From a virus: 64,000 nucleotides of DNA. The notes under the pieces are model-generated. The model was not told the origin of the DNA. It saw only the letters and a program-made list of their open reading frames with translations, and did no database searches. Made by a program: the position numbers and the translations under genes. How positions within the stretch are numbered: position 1 is the stretch's first letter; each line of letters begins with the position of its first letter. Shown one piece after another: positions 1 through 9,800 of the stretch. The DNA is taken from positions 26,218 through 90,217 of the IMG/VR virus record IMGVR_UViG_3300014202_001569; one strand, 5' to 3'.

Positions 1-1002
1 ACGATTTTGTGTTCTAAGGAAAGCTGGCAATTTCTTTCTAATATCCATGATGGAATCGCCAGGATACCCATACTCACTCTTCGTGTAATTCTTTACGTTA
101 ATAACGATGTTGTCAGAAGCGTTAGGCAATGCTCCAAATACTTTTGTATCAAAAGCTCCACTGATAATCTCGGAAGTTGACTTGTTCGGTACTCTAAACC
201 TAACGACGATTTCAGCGCTTGGCGGTGGCACACGTCCTGCCTTGTTGTCTCCAAATATCAATGACGCTTTGTAATACGCATCATATTCAACAATATACTC
301 TGGTCGAGCCTGAGATTCTGTAAAGTAATCCACCTCATCCCAAGCAATACCATTTACTGTAACCTTAATTGACCCTAGATAGACGTTTTCAAATGGTAAG
401 GTTAATATCATGTTGGATTTGCCAACACTGTTATGGGTGTATATTTTCGTCACTCCCTCTAGGCCAACAACAGACTCGGTAAACATGCTGCCCGCTGGTA
501 TTACTATGTCGGCCCCAAAGACAGGGCTGTTATTTGCGTCGGCTGCGTAGAGTTCATAAGCTATATCAAATCCCATACCATCCAGATTTATCAATATAGG
601 TGTCTTAAGTGTTAAATCGCTGTTATATACTGTGTTTGATCTTGCCAAAAACATAGCTTTTGCAGGAAGTGGTGGCATTGGCTTGTAACCCACCAACTTA
701 GCCAGTCGGAAAGCATTTTCTAATTCAGTTACAGTGTCAATGTAGAGTTCGTTAGCCAATTGGTCGATCTTGAAGGATAGCATGTCAGCCATACCCGCCC
801 AGCATTCAATTAACATAACCGCAAGCGAAGCTTCGCTTATGTCGTTAAATTCTTTGGCAAAATTAGACTTTAACAACTCTAAGGTTCTACTCCTTATTGA
901 GTAGAAATCCTGGTTCGTATAATTTAAACTATACACTGGTAAGTTATTAACAAATCTAGGTATAGCTAATGGTGTTACCTCAAAAGGGCATGTGTCTGCC
1001 AT
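1..1002 (-). CDS. Baseplate wedge protein, T4 gp6/baseplate-J-like (runs off left edge)
   Basis: Not in the ORF track because it is truncated. Manual translation from ATG 1002: MADTCPFEV...LNYTNQDFYSIRSR...MLSFKIDQLANELYIDT...AKLVGYKP...LIFGDNKAGRVPP. Follows the gp25-like gene. Confidence 0.8.
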   Translation of the reverse strand, partial: MADTCPFEVTPLAIPRFVNNLPVYSLNYTNQDFYSIRSRTLELLKSNFAKEFNDISEASLAVMLIECWAGMADMLSFKIDQLANELYIDTVTELENAFRLAKLVGYKPMPPLPAKAMFLARSNTVYNSDLTLKTPILINLDGMGFDIAYELYAADANNSPVFGADIVIPAGSMFTESVVGLEGVTKIYTHNSVGKSNMILTLPFENVYLGSIKVTVNGIAWDEVDYFTESQARPEYIVEYDAYYKASLIFGDNKAGRVPPPSAEIVVRFRVPNKSTSEIISGAFDTKVFGALPNASDNIVINVKNYTKSEYGYPGDSIMDIRKKLPAFLRTQNR

Positions 1003-1396
1003 TAATTCCTCCAAGGGACTTATAAACAATTAAACTTTCTATATTTCTTACATTTGCTGGATCAATAAACATTACATTGACTTTTAATATCAGTCTATTG
1101 TTTTCTTTATCCTGAACAAAATCAACCATAACATCATGAACTTGAACCCGTTTTTCCCACTTTTGAAGTGATGTAGCTACCTTCAATTTGGCTTCACTTT
1201 TAGCCATTTCTACAGGAACATTGAGCTTAACTTTGCTTAATCCTGTACCAAAGTTAGGTACGAAAATTCGTTCTCCAGGTTCAGTCAAAATGATCGCTGC
1301 CATATCCGCTTTGATCTGGTCGATATCATTCGCAGCGTTATGGAAATAACCTTGTGGGTGTTTAACAATAGGATAAGCTATTCCTCTATATCTCAT
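980..1396 (-). CDS. Baseplate wedge subunit, gp25-like
   Basis: IILTEPGERIFVPNFGTGL and WEKRVQV motifs of the GPW/gp25 family; located between gp5-like and gp6-like genes. Confidence 0.88.
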   Translation of the reverse strand: MRYRGIAYPIVKHPQGYFHNAANDIDQIKADMAAIILTEPGERIFVPNFGTGLSKVKLNVPVEMAKSEAKLKVATSLQKWEKRVQVHDVMVDFVQDKENNRLILKVNVMFIDPANVRNIESLIVYKSLGGINGRHMPF

Positions 1397-1406
1397 TTAT
1401 TCTCCG

Positions 1407-3680
1407 CTAATCGCTAGCTATTCCTTCGCATGGTTCTGGCTCATGAAGTGCCGAAGCAAATACATGTTCGCTTGCCTTAAGCCCCGTAACAGCAGAGACA
1501 TACTCAGGAATTTGCTGGAAGGCTACGACAACTGGATATACACAAGGTTGTCCCTGTCCAACAGGACTTTGTGGCTCGCAATCCTTCCCAGCTAGTAAGA
1601 ATATATAGTCGTCAGCCCAAAATACATGAGTGCCAGCACGGTTATAATACACATCTTTAACGCTTACTAACTTATGGCGAGAAATAAACTCCATCTTGTC
1701 AGAAGGATTGTCCTTTTCTTCACCAACCACCTCAACAAACTTGTCGTAAGAGTAAGTAATATAGTCGCCACCAGCACGCAAAAATATCTGTCCTGGTCCC
1801 TGCGGCCTTTCCTGCATGTGGAAAACGTGTGGACCACGAACCAAATTGTCCTTCTGTGGTGACATAATCTGGAAATACTGTTGATCGGTCTTCGTCTGAT
1901 CGTGGAAATCGCATAAGGTCACTGTTATGCCATAACCACTACGCAAACGGATGAATGCCTTCTTAGCATAGGCTCCAGTTTTGGAGCAACCGTTTCTGTC
2001 AGCACTGCATTGTTTATTAAGCTCGTCAACCATGTCAAAGGTATGATTGGCGGTGCTTTTCATGTGAATGCCGCGTAATGGCCCAGCTACACACCCTGGT
2101 AATGTTTCATCATTTAAGCAAATCGAGTTACCACTTGCCGTAACAATGTTAATACCATTTCTCTTGCCTCTCAAGTGTGGTTGACTTTCGTGGTCAACTA
2201 ATTCAATATAGTGCCCTGTTGCTGATCGCCAGTAAGTCCTACCACGGAAATTACCTGTGCAACCGTCATAATCAAAAGGCTTCAAAGTTCGTTCCCATTC
2301 TGGCTTTTCCCTTGGCTCCTCCACAGAGTCATCAAATACAATTGTAGCCCCCGAACGAGAACGAACTTGAATGCCCGACTGATTCAAACCACAGTCTTGA
2401 CAAAGATAAGGATAACAGTCATGTCTATGTTTTTGGTATTTGTTCTTGCCGTAGTTGTTAAACTTGAAACAAAAGTCTGTCAAACCATCTATAGTGCCAT
2501 TTAAACAATCTCTAGGTATTTCTGGCAGAATAATGTCAGGGAATGGCGTCTTCGGTGGACACCAATCCTCTCTACCCACCACCACTGGAATACTGGTTCC
2601 ACCCGCTCCCTGTCCTGTAACCCCGCCATCTGGAAATGAGTAACTTCCAGCCCCAACATATTCTTGGTCAACCGTTAAACTTGGTGTTTCAGGAATTGTG
2701 TTACAATTCTCTGGACCTTGTGGACAAGTATAGGGAAATGGTACGGGTATAAATGATATGGTGTTGTTGATCGGGTCAGCTAGTACCGTCATTGAAACAG
2801 CACAAACAGAGGGAACAACATCAACATAGGAAATAAAACACTGCGGATTTAGCCATTCGCCGCATGGATGGTATGGGTCATCTTTCATTAGAAATAATGC
2901 ACCCATACTGGATATTATTTCTAGTCTCTTCCATCTTCTATTGCACTTTGGATCACCGTCGTCCATGATGACGCGGTGCTTATCTGGTGTGGATATACTG
3001 TAGGAATGTGGCCATGTAGTCTTGTGAACAGAATCAGGATTAAATTCAACATCAGTCTGAGTGTCTATGTCATAACCCTGATAGTTGTCTGTATTATTGT
3101 GTGCGAACACCTGTGATTCGTCGTTCATGCCTACCATGTAGCCATTGCGGTGTCCTTCCCAAATCTTATAGTATTCTTGGATATGGTAGTTCCAATTGTC
3201 GTGCTGAATTGGTCCTTTGTCTCGATACCAAGTAGTGCCTATGTAAAACACCATGCTTGGGTCGCCATGCAAGAACGTTAAGCATAACATAGACCCAGGA
3301 GGTGGCACCCAATTCAATCCGCAATCATCAAAGCCGCCCATTGAGGAAATCGGCCACGCCCAATCCAATTCTTCTATTTTTGTTGCTACGCTTTCCCCTG
3401 GAACGTTGTTAGGGAGAGCTTTTTGACTATATCTTAATCCTGAATGTAATACTGGACTGAAATATTTGACTCTATTTTGTTTTAAAGGATCGCGGGTGTC
3501 TACGCAGAGCGCCATATGAACGCCGCGATAGGCGTTCCTTTGTGCCATGAAGTTGATTTTACGCTTGAATATCTTCTTGAAATTCTCCTGAAAGTTCATT
3601 TCGCGGAGTCTTTTTTCGTGTCTATCAAGCAGTTTGTATATGCTATCTAGGTGTTCTTTTAAACTACAAGGATTATCCAT
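1407..3680 (-). CDS. Baseplate central spike, gp5/VgrG-like (OB-fold N-terminus)
   Basis: CVDTRDPLKQNRVK...WAWP...VPPPGSMLCLTFLHGDPSMVFYIG OB-fold signature; repeated S.SGH.I...D beta-helix-like segments. Confidence 0.8.
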   Translation of the reverse strand: MDNPCSLKEHLDSIYKLLDRHEKRLREMNFQENFKKIFKRKINFMAQRNAYRGVHMALCVDTRDPLKQNRVKYFSPVLHSGLRYSQKALPNNVPGESVATKIEELDWAWPISSMGGFDDCGLNWVPPPGSMLCLTFLHGDPSMVFYIGTTWYRDKGPIQHDNWNYHIQEYYKIWEGHRNGYMVGMNDESQVFAHNNTDNYQGYDIDTQTDVEFNPDSVHKTTWPHSYSISTPDKHRVIMDDGDPKCNRRWKRLEIISSMGALFLMKDDPYHPCGEWLNPQCFISYVDVVPSVCAVSMTVLADPINNTISFIPVPFPYTCPQGPENCNTIPETPSLTVDQEYVGAGSYSFPDGGVTGQGAGGTSIPVVVGREDWCPPKTPFPDIILPEIPRDCLNGTIDGLTDFCFKFNNYGKNKYQKHRHDCYPYLCQDCGLNQSGIQVRSRSGATIVFDDSVEEPREKPEWERTLKPFDYDGCTGNFRGRTYWRSATGHYIELVDHESQPHLRGKRNGINIVTASGNSICLNDETLPGCVAGPLRGIHMKSTANHTFDMVDELNKQCSADRNGCSKTGAYAKKAFIRLRSGYGITVTLCDFHDQTKTDQQYFQIMSPQKDNLVRGPHVFHMQERPQGPGQIFLRAGGDYITYSYDKFVEVVGEEKDNPSDKMEFISRHKLVSVKDVYYNRAGTHVFWADDYIFLLAGKDCEPQSPVGQGQPCVYPVVVAFQQIPEYVSAVTGLKASEHVFASALHEPEPCEGIASD

Positions 3681-3689
3681 ATTCTCCTA

Positions 3690-5840
3690 TTAATCAGGCG
3701 GTAGAGGCTCGCCAGTATCGACATAGTTAGTTCCGCAAGGTGTGCCGCCGCCAACCCATACATTAGTCTCCTCTTGTGACCACGCAGCAGCAGCAGAACC
3801 AACTAAGTATTTGTTCAAACAGCCGAATTGACCGCCATATGGCATTGGCACTGCCTGATCCCACGCACCAAGTCTAACAACGGAGCCAGCGGGATTCACT
3901 TCAGCACCTGGAGCAAGTAACTTCAACTTTAAAGTAGTTATGTAGTTACCATCTTTTATCTGATGATCTACACCCATGATAAACCAACCCTTGCTCGTCA
4001 ATAACTCGTTACAAATACTCTTGAATGCTTCTTCTGGACTATCTGGATCATTTGCTGCCCAAACTGGACAATCAGTGTCGGAATTTCCGTGTACCAAAAA
4101 ATATGGATTTATAAACACTATACCCACACATCTTCCATAACCATCAATAGGAGTACACAGCCAACTAGAAGGATCACCCTGTACTCTTAAGTCGGCTTCA
4201 ATAGCTCCAATAACCAAGTTTGTCATAATATGGTGATAAGTAGCTTCTTGAGTCTGAACTTGTGGATTTCTGACCTTCATAACCGCGCCTGTTCTGGTGG
4301 GCACGGCTTGTCTAATTGGGCCTGGCGATGCCGCAATTGGACAGCCTGTTTTCACAGCACCTTCAATTTGGTTTACAATTGCCTGTCCAGATGGAACGTT
4401 ACCACCACCAGCCTTCTGTGCAGCCATTGAGTGCCATCTAAAAGCAGGAGCAAATTGCATCACTGGTGAACAATTGCCACCATTGACTACATACACAGCT
4501 TTCATTCTAGCGTTGATTTCAGAATCATTAAAATTACCCTGGCAATAAGGAATACCATTTGCCCACAATAAAAGTCTTCCATACTGTGGTTGGTCAGAAT
4601 TACAAGTAGAACAAGGTTCTTTAATCGCATCTAACTTAAATTTATAAGTAGGATCGTAATTCATAGTAATGCTAGTTCTTCCCAAGTTACTTGTTATCTT
4701 ACCTGTTAAATCTTTGGCAAATACACCATTCTTTAACCATTCGTGAATAATAGCTAACGGAGCCTTTTGATCTGCATACCATTTGTCATATGGTCCCCAA
4801 CCCTCACAATCTATATCATACTTTTCACAGTCCGCACCATTTCTACATGTTCGATCCTCTAACTGACCATCTCTTTGAACAAACTGCATGTCTACAACTG
4901 ATCCATCTGCCCTAATCGCCTTGAACTCAGGTCTAAATGGTGGGAAAGAAAACTTGCCAAGTAACTCAACAGCCTTGGTAAAATACATTTGCTTGCCATC
5001 TCTACCGAAAATCTTGTTAATCATTTGTTCCTGACCACGAACAAGTAAATCAACACCTTCTAGTTCATATACGAACTTGCCACTGTCAAAGTGAACGTTA
5101 ATCCAGTCAGTAATAAAATACATAACTGGACTGCATATAACAAAGGCACTGTTAAATCCTTCGCCTGGAACCGTAATTCTTAATGTCCCACCCTCACTTT
5201 GTTCTGTGGTTAATGGCATTGGTGGTTGACCACAAACATCTTCTTGTGCGCCACCAGTTACATACCAACCAAATTGGACTTTCATCCTGTATTTACCCTG
5301 AACTGGAACAGCATCGCCTTCAGGGTTAATACCCATTCTTTGAACCCACTGTTGGAACGTACTGCCCTTCTGATCTAGAATTGTAAATCGGCAACGATTA
5401 CCACGGTCTACCGATCCCCAACCGTATTGAAAAGCCTTAATCGTAGCCATACACTTCTCATCGTTAAATGGCTGCGATACATTGCCCATTGTCAATATGG
5501 TCTTCCATGTTTCTTCTGGATTTTCTACAGCACCTTCGTAATCTTGAAATGCAACTTTAACCCAAGCGGACTTAGTAGTTCCACCAAGAGCAGTCTTGTA
5601 CATTGGTTCAAAGTCATCATTAAGTTCTGGAAACATCATGTTACACCCAGGCGGGCCAATAACACAGTCTCCAGCATCACAGTAAACGAACTGATTTGCG
5701 TAATCGCTGAAATCTTGATCCCTAAAGCAACAATATGTTCTGGCATAATCAATGTCGCAGAAAACAGGAAATTCCCTATCAATAGGGTAATTACAATCAG
5801 GTGGTATTTGTACTGGTGGTAGTGGGTCGCCTTCAGCCAT
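3690..5840 (-). CDS. Putative baseplate hub (gp27/gpD-like)
   Basis: Position upstream of the gp5-like gene; C-terminal LRVQGDP...GWFIMGVDHQIKDGNYITTLKL resembles hub proteins. Confidence 0.6.
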   Translation of the reverse strand: MAEGDPLPPVQIPPDCNYPIDREFPVFCDIDYARTYCCFRDQDFSDYANQFVYCDAGDCVIGPPGCNMMFPELNDDFEPMYKTALGGTTKSAWVKVAFQDYEGAVENPEETWKTILTMGNVSQPFNDEKCMATIKAFQYGWGSVDRGNRCRFTILDQKGSTFQQWVQRMGINPEGDAVPVQGKYRMKVQFGWYVTGGAQEDVCGQPPMPLTTEQSEGGTLRITVPGEGFNSAFVICSPVMYFITDWINVHFDSGKFVYELEGVDLLVRGQEQMINKIFGRDGKQMYFTKAVELLGKFSFPPFRPEFKAIRADGSVVDMQFVQRDGQLEDRTCRNGADCEKYDIDCEGWGPYDKWYADQKAPLAIIHEWLKNGVFAKDLTGKITSNLGRTSITMNYDPTYKFKLDAIKEPCSTCNSDQPQYGRLLLWANGIPYCQGNFNDSEINARMKAVYVVNGGNCSPVMQFAPAFRWHSMAAQKAGGGNVPSGQAIVNQIEGAVKTGCPIAASPGPIRQAVPTRTGAVMKVRNPQVQTQEATYHHIMTNLVIGAIEADLRVQGDPSSWLCTPIDGYGRCVGIVFINPYFLVHGNSDTDCPVWAANDPDSPEEAFKSICNELLTSKGWFIMGVDHQIKDGNYITTLKLKLLAPGAEVNPAGSVVRLGAWDQAVPMPYGGQFGCLNKYLVGSAAAAWSQEETNVWVGGGTPCGTNYVDTGEPLPPD

Positions 5841-5848
5841 AGTTCTCC

Positions 5849-6172
5849 TTACTTCAATAAATTACTGCCAGGGATGATTATATTTCTTCCCGCTCTAAAT
5901 TCTAATATGTCCTGCATACGGTTCATTTCCATGATTTTCCACCAGAAATCAGGTGCGCCAAAAAACGCATTGGACACTAAATCTGGTCTGTATTCCATAT
6001 CCTTAGTTATCTCATAATGTTGATCTGAAGAACCAAAAGATAACTTCTTCTTTCTGTAAATGGGATACGCCAGCTTACCTTCATATTCAATTACAGGTAT
6101 AGTGGCATACCTGCTTGTCGGTGGCACATATCTTCGGCCTTCTGATTTGGTATAATGTATTGGTTTAGGCAT
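5849..6172 (-). CDS. Baseplate wedge gp53/LysM-like protein
   Basis: EYRPDLVSNAFFGAPDFWWKIMEMN motif; synteny. Confidence 0.7.
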   Translation of the reverse strand: MPKPIHYTKSEGRRYVPPTSRYATIPVIEYEGKLAYPIYRKKKLSFGSSDQHYEITKDMEYRPDLVSNAFFGAPDFWWKIMEMNRMQDILEFRAGRNIIIPGSNLLK

Positions 6173-6182
6173 GATAAATCCT

Positions 6183-6818
6183 TTAACTGAAATTAGGGTG
6201 TTTATTCGACCCGTTGTAATATTGACTACCTGGACTTAATCCATCAGTATCTCCAGGCTGGAATACATCAGCACCATTCAAAATACACTTATTAACTGGC
6301 AGTTTATTACATGGATAAACAACTTCCCAAGTGCAGCTTATGCTAAACTTGTAAGGGATGTATGTAACAGCATCCCATGCAACATCTGTAGGATAACGAA
6401 TACTGTAGTTTTTAAGTATCAAGCACAAGCCTTCAGTACCGTCCATCAATACACCACAAACAAATCTAACAACAGGCGGTGGTGTAAATGGGACTATACC
6501 AGTCTGAGGTCCAGGTAAAACAAGCTGTTGGATAATTCTGATTGCTTTTAAATTAGCTTCTATGTCTTCAAACTCGGTTATCATGAAGTGAAGTTCAGTA
6601 GAAATTGTTCTCGGATCAGAATAAGCATAGGTTAACATCGGGCTTGATCGGCCTGGAGCGGGGTCGTTGACGTAGGTTGCCCCTTTACTGTCAGAAATAT
6701 CTGGCAATATCTTTAATGTTATACAACCGCAGGGAGTTTGTATTTCACACTTCCCGCCGCCACTATTTGCATATTGTAGTGGGGCTAATGCACCACTACT
6801 TTTAGTTCCTCTCGGCAT
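6183..6818 (-). CDS. Putative tail tube initiator / baseplate-tube junction protein
   Basis: Lies between the tape measure and gp53-like genes; PPPVVRFVCG resembles contractile-injection-system tube-initiator proteins. Confidence 0.5.
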   Translation of the reverse strand: MPRGTKSSGALAPLQYANSGGGKCEIQTPCGCITLKILPDISDSKGATYVNDPAPGRSSPMLTYAYSDPRTISTELHFMITEFEDIEANLKAIRIIQQLVLPGPQTGIVPFTPPPVVRFVCGVLMDGTEGLCLILKNYSIRYPTDVAWDAVTYIPYKFSISCTWEVVYPCNKLPVNKCILNGADVFQPGDTDGLSPGSQYYNGSNKHPNFS

Positions 6819-6826
6819 TCAACTCC

Positions 6827-9800
6827 TTATGACAAATCTGTGTAATCAATTTCTAAACCTACGGTTCTGCCTATACGCGCACCAGGCCATTCCGTACTCA
6901 ATATTTCATCAAAAAAAGCTTCTGTAGGATAATCTACACCCTGGACACCCTGTATACAATTGCCGTTATTTCCTCGCTTCGCTAGTAGTCTTCCTATCCG
7001 ACCTAATAGCTTAACCATAGCCCTTGTGTTAGCAGCGGTAGTTCCAGTGTTTGCTTCAGTTCTTGCCATATCAACATCACTACCGCTTGATTCCGCCTGA
7101 CGCCTTCTCATCTCGTCTTCAGCACCTTTAGCTGAACCTGGAAGCATCGAACTTACCGCAACTTGGTTGCCGTCAGTCGCTGGTGTTATAAATGCTGGAC
7201 CCTTGACGGCGGTTATTTCCATCCTATTCGCCAACATATCTTCCAACAGTTTTTCTAGGTGGGTATCATGAGTGTAAATTGAGCCTGGATTTGATGCTTT
7301 TTTGGCCATCTCTTCAATTTCTTTATTAGCGGTTGGACTTATCGACTTGTCAATTTGTTCTTGAAGATTCTTTGCCATATTGTCTAGCACTGTTTTACCG
7401 CTGCCAGTTGCTTCTCCTGCTCGTTTCTTAACATCAGCTAACTGATCCTTGAGAACATCTCTTGCGCGTACCAAAAAGTCGAGTTGTTCCTTTGTAAGTT
7501 TTACTGTTTCTGGATTTTGTAAGACTTTAGCAATGTCCTGCGTATCTGGAGTATCAACCCCACGCTTTCTTGCCACTTCTCTTGCTCTCAAGAACTGCTC
7601 GTCTGTTAAACCTTCCTTTTTCGGATCAATCAAGCCAGCCGTAACCGCTTTCTTAGTTAAATCATTGTAATCCTGTTGTGCAAAAGCCGTCTTGAGATTT
7701 TTAGCCATTTCAACTGGTAGTTTAGAACCATAGACATTAAGCATTGACTGAACTATATCCATGTTTAAAGATTTGGCATTTTTCTTGATATAGTCCATCG
7801 CCGCCTCTGGACCTTTCTCCCATAATATGTCAGCCAATCCTTCATAATCTTTGCCAAGTTTCCCACGGTCTACACCTTGTTTTCTTTGATCGACCGTGCT
7901 AATTCCATATCTTTGTCTTACATACTTCTGGTCTGCACTTTCATTACCAAGCATACTAAGTGCTTTATGCCATGTGTTATCGTACACCCTCTGCGCATCG
8001 TGCTGGAATGGCTTCCACAATCTCTTTTGAGTTTCTTCAAGAGTCTCATTTAATTGATCGCGTCGTGCAGCCTTTTCAGCACGCTCTCTTTTCTCAGCGC
8101 CAGTCCACCATGTCATATCGTCTAACTCAGCTACTCTTTTGTGTAATGCATTCCTTTCTTCTATTTGTTTGTCTTGTATGCCTTTTTGCTCTCTTTGTTT
8201 CTTCATCATAATGTTCCAATAATCTTCCATCTGCTTATTGGCTAAATCACTTCCCTTCATCGTCTTCATCTTGTCAGCTTCTTGTGCTTTCGCCACCTTC
8301 AACTGTTCTTCTAAAGCCGTCTTTTCTTTGTCAATCTGTGTCTTTCTAGCACGGTCAGCCGTAACTTGCGCCACTTCCTCTGCATTACCACCGAATAAAC
8401 CAACCTTCTTGTCCTTGTTCTTTTCGATTCTTGTTACAACCGTAGCTTCTTCTCTAAGTAATGCCGCTCTCCTAGCTTCAAGAGCAGAAACATTGCCTTG
8501 TAGTGCCAAATCTTTATTGTCTGTTATGCTTTTGTCTGTTCTCTTTTGATCGAACTCAATGCCCTTCTGGATTGTCTTATTCAAGTTGTTCTTAGCATTG
8601 TCTAAATCCTTAAAAGCTAATGCTAGTGCAACGATACCCGCAACCAAAGCACCACCACCCAATGCCAATAGTAATCCTCCAAGACCACCAGACAATGCTG
8701 TGAGTCCTAGAAGCAAGGCTCCACCAACAGCTACCGCCGCACCAATCGCAACCAATGCTGCCAGGATCATGCCAAGCGCCTTACCAACCATTTCCCAATC
8801 CGTTTCATTGAAGAACTTAATTGCTTGTTCAAGGAACTTAGCTATTCCGCCAGCGTTTTCTTTAATGTAATTTCCAATAGCTTCAAGCAATGGCTTGGCA
8901 ATTGTTGCTATGCCGCTGACGAGTCCAGATATAAACTTCTGGAAGCCAGGAGTGTCTGCAATGGAAGCAACCTGAGCCATCGCTTTCTCAATATCCCCAG
9001 CCATGTTTGCAAGAAATTCACCAAGAAGTTCGACGCCTTTCTTTATGTCGCCTTCTTTGAAAGCCTTCCAGAATGGAGCTTCATTCAATTGCTTAATAGC
9101 CTCTGTCAAGAATGGCAATGCCTGGAATATGGCACTTTGCATTAACTGTTTGAAATGAGCCTCAATCAAATGTACATTTTGTTTAATGTCTTCGACTGGA
9201 TTAGATGCTTGCATACCCTGCTTAGCTATCAAACCTTGCACTCTGGTAAACTTCTCCACGATGGCAGTCATATCTTCAGGCTTCTTGCCAGCAAGAGCCT
9301 TCTGAATCTCCTCAGGTGTTGGTAATATGTTGACAATTTCTTCCTTGCCAAGTTTTTTGGCTTCTTCTCTCATCCTTTTTGCCTGGTCAGCTAAAACTTT
9401 TTCTATTGCCGCGCCACCATTAGCAACATCACCACCGATAGCCTTGAGATACTCTTGGAAGTTTTTGCTGCCTTGCGGACCAGCTAACTCCTTAATTGCT
9501 TCATCAAAGTCCTTACCACCATCCTTGATGCTGGCATTAAAAGCATCAAGTAAATCTGCACCTGTTTTTAGGAAGAGTTGTTGCTTCTGGAAAGCAGCTT
9601 GTTGAGCGCTCAATTGACCCTCTAACTGTTTTCTTAATTCTTGTGGCAACTTCTCCATGTTAAGCATTTCATCTATTGCCTTGCCTATGTCACCCTTCTC
9701 TGCTACTAACTTGTCAAATGTCTTTCTCCATTCGGCACCGCCCTTGTCCATTACGCCTTGTAAATCCTCAAGGCTCATTGTTGGACCTCTTGCCGCCTTG

